Of a DNA stretch of 60,984 bases, positions 1-9,282 are shown in pieces. The stretch's first letter is position 1. The number at the start of each line of letters is the position of its first letter. The notes below the pieces were generated by a model. The model was not told the origin of the DNA. It worked only from the letters and a program-made list of their open reading frames with translations, and made no database searches. The stretch is from Myxococcota bacterium (GTDB lineage Bacteria > Myxococcota_A > UBA796 > GCA-2862545), in contig JBCCQY010000047.1 of assembly GCA_039208735.1 (NCBI GenBank), positions 1-60,984 of the forward strand. The letters run 5' to 3'. A program made the position numbers and the translations under genes.

Positions 1-695
1 GCATCGACGCGGCCGAAGCGAGCGTCCGAGGCCCATCGGGAGAACCGCATGGCACCTTGCGCATGACCGTCCCCGAGGCCTTCGGTCGGCATGTTGTGTT
101 GCCGGTGGTGCAGCGCTTCCTCGAGACGTGGCCGGAGGTTCGGGTTGACATCGATGTTACCGATCGCGCCGCAAACCTCGTAGAAGAAGGGTTCGACCTT
201 GCGTTCCGGTTGGGCGATCGCGTACGGGCCGACCCGGGGCTGATTTCGCGCATCATCGCTCGGTACCCCGTCGGCCTCGTCGCGGCGCCCGACTACCTCA
301 GGGTACGGAACAAACCACAAACGCCGGAAGACCTCCTGCACCACGAAACCCTGCTGTTTCGAGGGCGGGGAGGGGTTCAGCCATGGCGGTACCGCGACGG
401 AGGGACGCGGTGGGTCCGCCTACCGGTCCGCGGCCGGTTGCAAATGAGCAGCGGTACGGCGCTACGGGATGCGGCCGTCGCGGGGCTTGGGGTCGCGTTT
501 CTGCCTTCGTTCGTCGTCAAGGACGACGTGGCGGCCGGGCGCTTAGCGCGAGTACTTCCCGATCTCGATCTCGGGGAAGCGGTCATCGCAGCCCTCTACC
601 CCAGCCGCCGACTCCTCCCACCGCGCGTCCGCCGCTTCATCGACCTCGTCTTCGAAACGACGTCCGATGCCCCGACGAACCCCCGTTCGTCGTGA
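1..695 (+). CDS. LysR-family transcriptional regulator (5'-truncated; substrate-binding domain, CrgA-like)
   Basis: GTLRMTVPEAFGRHVVLP...NLVEEGFDLAFR...AAVAGLGVAFLP...YPSRRLLPPRVRRFID. The HTH lies upstream of the window. Confidence 0.9.
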   Translation, partial: IDAAEASVRGPSGEPHGTLRMTVPEAFGRHVVLPVVQRFLETWPEVRVDIDVTDRAANLVEEGFDLAFRLGDRVRADPGLISRIIARYPVGLVAAPDYLRVRNKPQTPEDLLHHETLLFRGRGGVQPWRYRDGGTRWVRLPVRGRLQMSSGTALRDAAVAGLGVAFLPSFVVKDDVAAGRLARVLPDLDLGEAVIAALYPSRRLLPPRVRRFIDLVFETTSDAPTNPRSS

Positions 696-716
696 GCGGA
701 GGCGCAGCGGGCGCAG

Positions 717-3700
717 TCAGTTCTCGCGGAAGACGATGGTGCAGTCGCCGCCCGAGGGAAGCACCGGATTGAGCTTGGTCGTCGCTCCTGCCGTCGCGCC
801 CGACAGCGCGGTGTAGTAAGCCTCGTCGACCGCATCGGTCTCGGCATCCGCAATGTAGGCCACCGCTTCGCCATCTCCGATGATGAACCAGTCGCTGCTC
901 GTGATGGACGTGTCAACGTCACCACTCGCGACCAAGGGCAGATTGGCGACATTTGGCGCACCCGGAACCGCACCCGTGAGGTCGATGGCGAACAGCTGAT
1001 CGACGTCTACCGTAGGATCACCGTTGTACATCACGATCGAGCCGTCCTGAGACACGAGGAAGCTGTTGACGTCACTCGAGGAACTCGTCAGGTTGGTGGA
1101 CAGCAGGGTCGAGATGCCGGGGTTGCCGAAGGCCACGAAGAACAGATCTTCGCGGGCGTCCGTGATCTCGTCAGCGGCATAGAACACGCCACGATTCTGG
1201 GGATCGATGAGCGCGTCGTTAACCGAAGGAACCGTCGTTTGACCGATGTCACCGCCTGACACCATGGGCCCACTGAGCCGCAGGGGACCCGTGGTCAGCG
1301 TACCTGTTGCATCGCCGATGAACAGCTCGGTTTCACTTAGGACCAGTCCATCGCTCGCAAAGACAAGCGACCGTGAGTCTTGGGTAAACTTGGCAAACTC
1401 GACGTCCTGCGACGTGCTGGTCAATCCGGGATGGCTCACGAGCCGCGCGGTGCCAAGCGTCGCCGCATCCACGACAAACAGCTCGAACAGCCCATCGAGA
1501 TTGGCGTCGGCGATGTAGAAGATCAATTCGCCGTCGGGCGAAAACCCGTAGTCATCGTTGACCGTGTTGACGTCCGCGAACGAAGGTAGCGCGGCGTTCA
1601 CGCGAACCGCAGGCCCGGGCACGCCGGCCGTGATGATCGAGCGGTAGAGTTCATTGACCCCATCGGTGTTGCTGTCGCTCGTGAAGAGCAGCGCTTGCGA
1701 GTCATCCGACCATTCAAAGGTCAACGTGTCCGCACTCGGGCCATTGTTCGACACGTTGACGGGAGCGGGCGCAACCGCGGTCAGATCCACGACGAATACG
1801 TCAGTGACGTTGGTGGTTGAGGTGTCCGCCTCGTAGGCAAGCAGCGTGCTATCCGGCGAGAACGCAAAGCCCGAGAACACGTCCTGGTCCGTCTGAAGCG
1901 TAGGATTGACCTGCACCGCGGTAGGCATGGGAGCGGCCGTGTCGACCAGGAACAGGTTGAGCTCGCTATCATTCACATCATCGGCCAAGTAGGCAAGGAA
2001 ACGTCCATCGGGCGACCACTCGTGGGCCGTGACGTCCTGCGTGGTGGCCGTGAACGCCACATTGGCCTTCTGGGCCACGCCCGGGGTGGGACCCGAAAGG
2101 TCGACCCACCAGATCTCTTCGGCTCCATCGACATCGAAGTCGCCGAGGAACGAAATCCGATCCCCATTCACCGAGAACTTGACGTCCGAGATGGACGCCG
2201 CGGTGGTTTGTCCGAGGTCGCCGTCCATCACCGGGGCCGGATTGAGCGTCGTGGTGGCGCCGACCACACCGCCAAAGATGCTGTTGAGGCCAAGTTCGTT
2301 CACGGCATCGGTGTTGAACTCGCCCCCAAACGCGGCCCAACGTGGCTCGTCGTGGAACGTGAGGCGAGTGGCGCGCGTCGTGCCAGCGGCATCCTGCACG
2401 GTAATGAGCACCGTGGCCGGCAGCCCCCCCATCGGCGTACCCGAGACCTCACCCGAACCCGCACTCAGGGTCAAACCCGCAGGCAACGTCCCTTCGGTGA
2501 TCGACCAGGTGTAGGGGGCAGTGCCTCCAGTGGCCGAAAGCGTTTGGGAGTATGGCGCCCCCAAGATGGGCCGCGGAACCGCAAAGGTCCGCACTTCGAG
2601 GAGCGGCGCGGCGACTTCAAGGGTGTACGAGGCGTCGGCCGCCTGCCCAAAGAAGTCCGAAACCTGCACGGTGAAGGTGAAGGTTCCGCCGACGGCCGGG
2701 GTACCCGACAACGTGGTGGTCGGCGTACCGTTGGGGTCGAGGGTCAGGCCGGGGGGCAATGCACCCGCCGAAATGGTCCAGACGTAGTCCCCGCCGGTCC
2801 CTCCGATCGCCGTGAAGTCCGCGGTATAGGGCGCGTTAGCCAACCCATCGCTCAGTGCTCCCGTCGTGATGGCGAAGGGCACCGAAGCCAAGCCATTGCA
2901 CACAAACGTGCTCGACGAGACCTCGCCCATGTCGAGGACCCCGTTCGAGTCCGCATCGAGGCCCACATCGATGCGCTGTCCACCATTGACACAGTCCGCA
3001 CCTGGTGCCACCGGCGTCACGTCAACCAAGCTGGTCAGACCAATGCCGTCCGTGCCGTTCGTGCCGTCTTCACCGTTGCAGGTGAAGCTCGTGTCGGTGA
3101 CTTCGCCCGCGTCGAGGACATCGTTTCCGTTGACGTCGAGGCCCCCTTCAACCCGCGTACCTCCTCCCGCACAGTTGGCTCCGGGCGGCTCGGTCGCCAC
3201 GCGGACCAACGCGCTGCTGCCGTCGAGCCCGTCGGTGCCGTTGAGACCGTCTGCACCGTCCACACCATCAATGCCATCACAGATGAACTGGGAGCTCGTG
3301 ATTTCATCGATGTCGAGCGCGTCATCTTCGTTGAGATCAAGCCCTGAATCCACCCGGCTGCCCCCACTGGCGCAGTTGTCTCCGGCCGGCTCTTCGCTCA
3401 CCACAACGAGGCTCGCAAGCCCATCGTCGCCGTTGCATACGAACGTCGTGGTCGCGATCTCGCTCGCTTCGAGGGTCCCGTCCCCGTTAAGGTCAAGGCC
3501 CGCCTCGATGCGGCTTCCGCCATCGGGACAATCGGTGCTCACTCCTTCGAGTTCGGGCGAGACCGTGACGAGGTTGGCCACCGGGTCACACACGTAGACC
3601 ACGTCATCGATCTCAACGCCTTCGAGAAGGCCGTTGCCGTCTTCGTCAAGGCCGCTCGTCAGCTGCTGACCGCCTGCGGTGCAGTTCGGCCCTGGCGCTT

Positions 3701-4301
3701 CGGGAACGACCTCGAGCAGGGAGTTCACCCCGTCCTCGCCGTTGCAGATCACCTGTTCGTCGTCGATCTCGGACTCGGAGAGAACCCCGTCCCGGTCGTC
3801 GTCGAGGCCCGAGATGATCGTGATACCACCAGCGTCCCCACACGAGGCCGCATCGGGCAACGTCGCCACAAGCGAGTTGAGGCCCGCAATCCCTTCCGCG
3901 CCATCGCACACAAAACTCGTTGCGCTGATCTCTTCTGTATCCAGCGTGCCATTGCCGTTTTCATCGAGGCCCACCTCGATCTTCACTCCACCGTCCGGAC
4001 AGTTCTCGCCCTCCGGTTCATCCGAGGTCCGAAGCAGCGCGTTCGTGCCTGGGATGCCTTGATCGCCATCCACCCCGGGAGCCCCGTTGCAGACCGGCGT
4101 CGCCACATCCACCTCGTCGGTATCCAGCGAGCCATTCTCGTTTCGATCGAGCCCGGTGATGACAACCTGACCACCCGAAGCACACTCCTCGGTTGTGGCC
4201 TCTCTGAAGTCAACGAGGGATTGAAACACCTCCTCGCCGCATCCTACAGTTCCAAGAACTGTAATCGCCATGATCCACGTCATGTGGCGTTGCATTGACA
4301 A
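717..4301 (-). CDS. Large surface lipoprotein: 8 Cys/Ca-loop repeats (DUF7151-like), short Gly-X-Y linkers, 2 putative Ig domains, TolB/PD40-like beta-propeller
   Basis: Lipobox TVGC; 8x C-x2/3-GG...GLDxNGNGxLDxxE...VCNG; GGTAPYTWSITEGTLPAGLTL (He_PIG-like); repeated WSPDG/FSPDS blades. Confidence 0.8.
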   Translation of the reverse strand: MSMQRHMTWIMAITVLGTVGCGEEVFQSLVDFREATTEECASGGQVVITGLDRNENGSLDTDEVDVATPVCNGAPGVDGDQGIPGTNALLRTSDEPEGENCPDGGVKIEVGLDENGNGTLDTEEISATSFVCDGAEGIAGLNSLVATLPDAASCGDAGGITIISGLDDDRDGVLSESEIDDEQVICNGEDGVNSLLEVVPEAPGPNCTAGGQQLTSGLDEDGNGLLEGVEIDDVVYVCDPVANLVTVSPELEGVSTDCPDGGSRIEAGLDLNGDGTLEASEIATTTFVCNGDDGLASLVVVSEEPAGDNCASGGSRVDSGLDLNEDDALDIDEITSSQFICDGIDGVDGADGLNGTDGLDGSSALVRVATEPPGANCAGGGTRVEGGLDVNGNDVLDAGEVTDTSFTCNGEDGTNGTDGIGLTSLVDVTPVAPGADCVNGGQRIDVGLDADSNGVLDMGEVSSSTFVCNGLASVPFAITTGALSDGLANAPYTADFTAIGGTGGDYVWTISAGALPPGLTLDPNGTPTTTLSGTPAVGGTFTFTVQVSDFFGQAADASYTLEVAAPLLEVRTFAVPRPILGAPYSQTLSATGGTAPYTWSITEGTLPAGLTLSAGSGEVSGTPMGGLPATVLITVQDAAGTTRATRLTFHDEPRWAAFGGEFNTDAVNELGLNSIFGGVVGATTTLNPAPVMDGDLGQTTAASISDVKFSVNGDRISFLGDFDVDGAEEIWWVDLSGPTPGVAQKANVAFTATTQDVTAHEWSPDGRFLAYLADDVNDSELNLFLVDTAAPMPTAVQVNPTLQTDQDVFSGFAFSPDSTLLAYEADTSTTNVTDVFVVDLTAVAPAPVNVSNNGPSADTLTFEWSDDSQALLFTSDSNTDGVNELYRSIITAGVPGPAVRVNAALPSFADVNTVNDDYGFSPDGELIFYIADANLDGLFELFVVDAATLGTARLVSHPGLTSTSQDVEFAKFTQDSRSLVFASDGLVLSETELFIGDATGTLTTGPLRLSGPMVSGGDIGQTTVPSVNDALIDPQNRGVFYAADEITDAREDLFFVAFGNPGISTLLSTNLTSSSSDVNSFLVSQDGSIVMYNGDPTVDVDQLFAIDLTGAVPGAPNVANLPLVASGDVDTSITSSDWFIIGDGEAVAYIADAETDAVDEAYYTALSGATAGATTKLNPVLPSGGDCTIVFREN

Positions 4302-4541
4302 CCTCCGTACAACTGCCGTTAGAAAGCGCCGTCGCGACTGCGAAATTCGCGACTTTGGGGCACGGCGCGCAGGTATTGAGGTCAGGTTGAACAGACCAGC
4401 CCTCCAAAGTCAACAAGAGCAAAGGTTCGCCAAGGACCTCGTTTTCCGCATGGTCAACTTCCGTCTCGGATCCCGCTCCAAGAACGCTTGACTTCCAACC
4501 CTGCAATTTGCCAAGATCGCGCAAGGGCAGAGGAGGACCAG

Positions 4542-5723
4542 ATGATTCAGCAAGGTTCAGGCTTCGTCGTAGCCATCATGCTCACGGTGGGATGTGCGCC
4601 CCCTGCCGATGAGGTCTCGGCCAATCAGCGTCCTCAAGTGACACAGTCTCCGTTCTTCACCGACGAAGACATGACGCTCACCGACGAGCTCCTTGCGATG
4701 GACGCCGAGGGTGATCCCATCGAATGGTCGTTGGAGGCAGGCGCCACCAACGGCATCTTGGACCTTCAGGTCGATGGGACCTTCACGTACGAACCAGCGG
4801 CCAACTTCTACGGCCGAGACGCCTTCATCGTCATCGCTCAAGACCCCTTCGGTGCCTCAGACCCAACCTCCATCGAGATCGTCGTGGGTGACATCAACGA
4901 CGCGCCGGTGCTGCAAGGGGCCATGTTCGAGGTTCTGGAAGACGAGACCCTGACCGAGTCGTTCACCGCCTTCGACGTCGATGGCGAAGGCGTTGGCTAC
5001 GAGTTGACGGCGTTGCCCGTTTCAGGTTCGGTGGTTCTGGGCCCAGAGCCCAATACCTTCCGTTACACGCCAAACCCCGAATACTGCGGACCCGACGAAT
5101 TCCGGGTGCGGGCCTTCGATGCAGTGACCACCTCGTCTGACGTGTGGATCGGCATCACGGTTCGGTGTGTAAACGACCCCATCCCCACGCCTCCGAGCGT
5201 CAACGTGCAGACCGAAGAAGAGGTTGCTGTGACCGCTCCGTTAGGGGTCATCGACCTCGATGGTGATGTCGAAGTCGTCGTGCAGGACCCACCTCGGAAC
5301 GGCACAGTGACCCTGAACACCGACGCCGGAACGTTTACGTATGTGCCAGACCCGAACACGAACGGGACCGACGACTTCACGTTCTTCGCCCAGGACGCAC
5401 AGCACGAAACGCTGCCCACTCGGGTGACCCTCTCGGTCCTACCGGTCAACGACCCCCCAACGGTGGCGGCCACCTCCTTGACCACGAGCGTCGGTCAACC
5501 GGTGAGCGAGCAGCTACTCGCCACCGATATCGAAGGAGATCTCTTGACGTTCCGCGTCGACACGGCGCCCAGTCACGGCACGGTCACGTTGAACCCCGAC
5601 ACGGGAGCCCTGACCTATGCGCCGGATACCGGCTACACGGGCCCTGACGCCTTTGTCATCGAAGTCTCCGACGGAGTGGCGGCCATCCTCGCCTCGATTC
5701 CGGTCACCATCCTCGCCAACTAG
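4542..5723 (+). CDS. Lipoprotein with 4 tandem cadherin-like/Ig (tandem-95/Big_9) repeats
   Basis: RBS GAGGAGG before ATG 4542; lipobox TVGC; repeats of GTFTYxPxxNxxGxDxF and VND(A/P)P. Confidence 0.85.
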   Translation: MIQQGSGFVVAIMLTVGCAPPADEVSANQRPQVTQSPFFTDEDMTLTDELLAMDAEGDPIEWSLEAGATNGILDLQVDGTFTYEPAANFYGRDAFIVIAQDPFGASDPTSIEIVVGDINDAPVLQGAMFEVLEDETLTESFTAFDVDGEGVGYELTALPVSGSVVLGPEPNTFRYTPNPEYCGPDEFRVRAFDAVTTSSDVWIGITVRCVNDPIPTPPSVNVQTEEEVAVTAPLGVIDLDGDVEVVVQDPPRNGTVTLNTDAGTFTYVPDPNTNGTDDFTFFAQDAQHETLPTRVTLSVLPVNDPPTVAATSLTTSVGQPVSEQLLATDIEGDLLTFRVDTAPSHGTVTLNPDTGALTYAPDTGYTGPDAFVIEVSDGVAAILASIPVTILAN

Positions 5724-6721
5724 CTTGCGACGCGGGCCTCGCTGCTCTGCAGTCTCGCCACCAGCGACTCAAGGTAGTTCCCCACCGCGGCCACGAAGGC
5801 GTCGTTCGAGAGCAACGGCTGGTGAGCCGGGTCTTGCAAGACCAGCGTGCCGCTCATGTGGGGAAAGGGGCTCGCGTAGTAGCCACCGTTGACGAGGCTC
5901 TGGTCATCGAGCCCCTTTACGTATCGGGCGGCGCCGGCCTCCACGCCGTGGGCCCGCCCCATCAGCCGGAAGGTGGGGAACATGACGTACTTCATCATGA
6001 GACCCATCAAAAACGGCATGTTGTTCGCGCCCGAGGTCCCCGCCGACGCACCCGGACTAATGGCAAACGCCCGAATCCGGTTCCCGTGCGTCTTGGCGAG
6101 GTGCTGCATCCACGCCGTGCCGATGAGCTTGGCCAAGCCATACTCGTCGAAGGGATCGGCCTTGCCCGTGAGGTGGTCCCCACGCGCCGCCGCGGCGATG
6201 CGTTCTTCGAGTGAGCCAGGGCCCTCGGGAAGCTTGGCCGCAGCGGCGTTCATCGCAGGGATGCCCCGCGTCACTTCGCTCGCCGCAAAAACGATGGTCG
6301 CCCCGTCAGCGACCCGTCCTGCGTCGAGCAGTCCATGGACCAACTGGGCGTGACCGCTGACGTTCATCGCGAACATCGACGTCAACCCACTCGGCGTACG
6401 TGGATAGGTGCCTCCCTCCTGCTTGGCCACTCCTCCGGCATTCAGGACGATGGCATCCAACGTGACGCCCTTCTGTTTCAAGTCGGAAAGCGCCCGCGAC
6501 ACCGTCTCGGGGACCATGTAGTCCGCGAGGACCGAGTCGATTCGGTCGGGCTCGGCTCGGGTTCGCCGAAGGAGTTCTGCAATGGCCCGATCGGCCTTCG
6601 CCTGCGAACGAGCCGTGATGATGACGCGTTCGTTGCGGCGCGCCAGGAGCTGACGGGCGGCTTCCAAGCCGAGGCCAGAGTTCGCGCCGGTGATGAGCGT
6701 GGTTCGATGGGTGGGTTTCAC
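5720..6721 (-). CDS. SDR-family NAD(P)-dependent oxidoreductase
   Basis: LITGANSGLG, VLNAG, YGLAK (YxxxK); GTG start after CAGGAGG. Confidence 0.9.
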   Translation of the reverse strand: MKPTHRTTLITGANSGLGLEAARQLLARRNERVIITARSQAKADRAIAELLRRTRAEPDRIDSVLADYMVPETVSRALSDLKQKGVTLDAIVLNAGGVAKQEGGTYPRTPSGLTSMFAMNVSGHAQLVHGLLDAGRVADGATIVFAASEVTRGIPAMNAAAAKLPEGPGSLEERIAAAARGDHLTGKADPFDEYGLAKLIGTAWMQHLAKTHGNRIRAFAISPGASAGTSGANNMPFLMGLMMKYVMFPTFRLMGRAHGVEAGAARYVKGLDDQSLVNGGYYASPFPHMSGTLVLQDPAHQPLLSNDAFVAAVGNYLESLVARLQSSEARVAS

Positions 6722-7137
6722 GATGCCTCCTGATGAACAGGTAGGGACCAACCTGCGGACCAGTAGGACCTATTCCGGACATGGACCGTGTCACTCCCCG
6801 ACACGCGTGCCGGCGCTTGGAGCGCCCACCACATCCCATAAACCGCCCCCCAAGCCGCACTCGGCGTTGGGATCGGCCGGCCAACCCGAGAGACGCGAGC
6901 CTCGCGCGCACCTTCTTTGATGGGCGGAACCCAACAACGGTCCCGTCTCAAAGAACCTAGAGTTGCCCAACCAGAGAAAGGCGCAAGGCGATTGTCGCTT
7001 CAGGAGTCCCTTTGCCTAACCCATGGGCGGCCCTTGACGATCGCGTAGACAAACCCAAACGGTACAACTGTACGCTTTTGCGCAAGCACCTTGGCGACAA
7101 CGCGCTGTGGTAACGTTTTCGGACCCAAGGAGTGCCC

Positions 7138-9276
7138 ATGCCGCGAAACCTAGTAGTGAGTTCGCTTGTCTCGGCCGCCGCCTGGTTGGTATTGACCGGA
7201 TGTCCGGCCCAGGAAGAGGCCGCCTCACCCGAGAAAGTGGAATCCGCACCCGAGCCCATCACGGCGGCTCGGCTGAAGAAGGCCGACACCGAGCCTGGGA
7301 ACTGGATGTCGCACGGACGGACGTACAGCGAGCAACGGTTCAGTCCGCTCGACCAAATCGACCAATCCAATGTGTCCGAACTTGGACTTGCTTGGTACTA
7401 CGACATTCCGGTCGAGCGAGGCATGGAAGCGACCCCGCTCGTCATCGACGGTCGGATGTACACCACCTCGGCATGGTCCTGGGTATATGCGGTTGACGCA
7501 AAGACCGGCGCAGAACTTTGGAAGTTCGACCCAAAGGTTCCGAAAGAAGCAGGCAAGAACGCCTGTTGTGACGTGGTGAACCGCGGTGTGGCCGCCTGGG
7601 GCGACAAGGTCTTCGTGGGCACGATCGACGGCCGCCTCATCGCGCTCGACCAGATGACGGGCGAAGTCGCCTGGGATGTGGTCACTGTCGATCAGTCCTG
7701 GCCCTACACGATCACCGGCGCTCCGCGCGCGATTGACGGCAAGATCATCATCGGCAACGGTGGCGCCGAACTTGGCGTCCGTGGCTACGTTTCGGCCTAT
7801 GACGCGGAAACGGGCAAGATGCTCTGGCGTTTCCACACAGTACCCGGAAACCCGGCCGATGGTTTTGAAAACGACGCGATGAAGAAAGCCGCGGAGACGT
7901 GGAACGGGGAATGGTGGAAATACGGCGGCGGTGGCACCGTGTGGGATGCCATGGCTTACGATCCCGAGTTGAATCTTCTCTACATCGGCGTGGGCAACGG
8001 TTCGCCGTGGAACCGCGACATCCGCAGCCCAGAAGGTGGAGACAACCTTTTCCTCGCCTCGATTGTGGCGCTCAACCCCGATGATGGTTCGTACGTTTGG
8101 CACTACCAGGCCACGCCGGGCGACACGTGGGACTTCACCTCAACGCAGCACATCGTCCTCGCCGACCTCATGATCGACGGGAAGATGCGCAAGACGCTGG
8201 TTCAAGCGCCTAAGAACGGCTTCTTCTATGTGATCGACCGCACCAGCGGCGAGCTGCTGTCGGCAAAGAACTACGTGCCGGTCACCTGGGCCGAAGGCTA
8301 CGACCCGGAAACGGGGCGTCCCATCGAGACTCCCAACGCGCGCTACCCCGACCCGAACAACCCGAACGTCCAGATGCCAGGTCCGTTCGGCGCGCACAAC
8401 TGGCACCCCATGGCCTTCAGCCCGAAGACCGGACTGGTCTACTTCTCCGCCCAGGAACTTCCGTTCGTCTACAAAAAGGACACGGGCTTCGAGTTCAAGA
8501 AGGGATGGTGGAACCTCGGCGCGACCTACACCGCGGCCGCCCTTCCCGAGGACCCCAAGGCCCTCGCCGAGTTGATGCCCCTCCTCAAGGGCCGCTTGCT
8601 CGCATGGAACCCCGCGACCAACGAGAAGGCCTTCGCAGTCGAGCACCCCGGACCCTGGAACGGCGGGGTTCTCGCAACGGCCGGTGGCCTCATCTTCCAG
8701 GGGACGCCTGGCGGCGAATTTTCGGCTTATCGGGATGACAATGGTGAAAAGCTCTGGTCATTCAAGGCAGACACGGGCATCGTGGCTGGCCCCATCTCCT
8801 ACAGCATCGACGATGAGCAGTACATCGCGGTCTCTGTTGGCTGGGGCACCGTCTTCGGCATGATCGTGCCGGGCGCCCAGCGCTCGATCTCGCGGATGCT
8901 CGTGTTCAAGAAGGGCGGAACCGCCAAGCTCGAGCCTCGCGTCGCGGCCAAGGACGGCAACAAGTGGCCGGCGAAAGAAGCGATGCCCACGTTCGCGGGT
9001 ACCACTGAGCAGGTCGCTGAGGGCAAGGACATCTACATGAAGCGGTGCGTCTGGTGCCATGGCGACCTCGCGATGTCGGGCGGCGTGCTTCCGGACCTCC
9101 GGTTCCTCGACAAGGACAAGCACGGGGTGTTCAACCAAGTCGTGCTCGAAGGCATCTATTCCGCGAAGGGGATGCCCGGGTTCAGCGAAGTGCTGGACGA
9201 AAAGCAAACGGCCGCAATTCAGCAGTACATCGTGAAACGCGCCGTCGACACCTTTCCGGCCACCGAGGGAGGCTAG
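7138..9276 (+). CDS. PQQ-dependent quinohemoprotein alcohol dehydrogenase (type II) with C-terminal cytochrome c; lipoprotein
   Basis: Vicinal CC in ACCDVVNRG; GNGGAELGVRGYV; WDFTSTQH; GAHNWHPM; heme motif CVWCH; lipobox LTGC. Confidence 0.95.
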   Translation: MPRNLVVSSLVSAAAWLVLTGCPAQEEAASPEKVESAPEPITAARLKKADTEPGNWMSHGRTYSEQRFSPLDQIDQSNVSELGLAWYYDIPVERGMEATPLVIDGRMYTTSAWSWVYAVDAKTGAELWKFDPKVPKEAGKNACCDVVNRGVAAWGDKVFVGTIDGRLIALDQMTGEVAWDVVTVDQSWPYTITGAPRAIDGKIIIGNGGAELGVRGYVSAYDAETGKMLWRFHTVPGNPADGFENDAMKKAAETWNGEWWKYGGGGTVWDAMAYDPELNLLYIGVGNGSPWNRDIRSPEGGDNLFLASIVALNPDDGSYVWHYQATPGDTWDFTSTQHIVLADLMIDGKMRKTLVQAPKNGFFYVIDRTSGELLSAKNYVPVTWAEGYDPETGRPIETPNARYPDPNNPNVQMPGPFGAHNWHPMAFSPKTGLVYFSAQELPFVYKKDTGFEFKKGWWNLGATYTAAALPEDPKALAELMPLLKGRLLAWNPATNEKAFAVEHPGPWNGGVLATAGGLIFQGTPGGEFSAYRDDNGEKLWSFKADTGIVAGPISYSIDDEQYIAVSVGWGTVFGMIVPGAQRSISRMLVFKKGGTAKLEPRVAAKDGNKWPAKEAMPTFAGTTEQVAEGKDIYMKRCVWCHGDLAMSGGVLPDLRFLDKDKHGVFNQVVLEGIYSAKGMPGFSEVLDEKQTAAIQQYIVKRAVDTFPATEGG

Positions 9277-9282
9277 GCCTAA

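Noticed and set aside
2022..3347. Long antisense ORFs (also 18263-19714, 24734-26155, 37763-39193, 49978-51189, 57537-59462)
   Set aside because: They lie opposite well-supported genes, have no motifs, and are expected in high-GC DNA.
8116..8154. Possible lanthanide-dependent PQQ dehydrogenase
   Set aside because: The active-site segment reads WDFTST, lacking the extra Asp (D-x-D) of XoxF/ExaF/PedH. It fits a Ca2+ type II enzyme.
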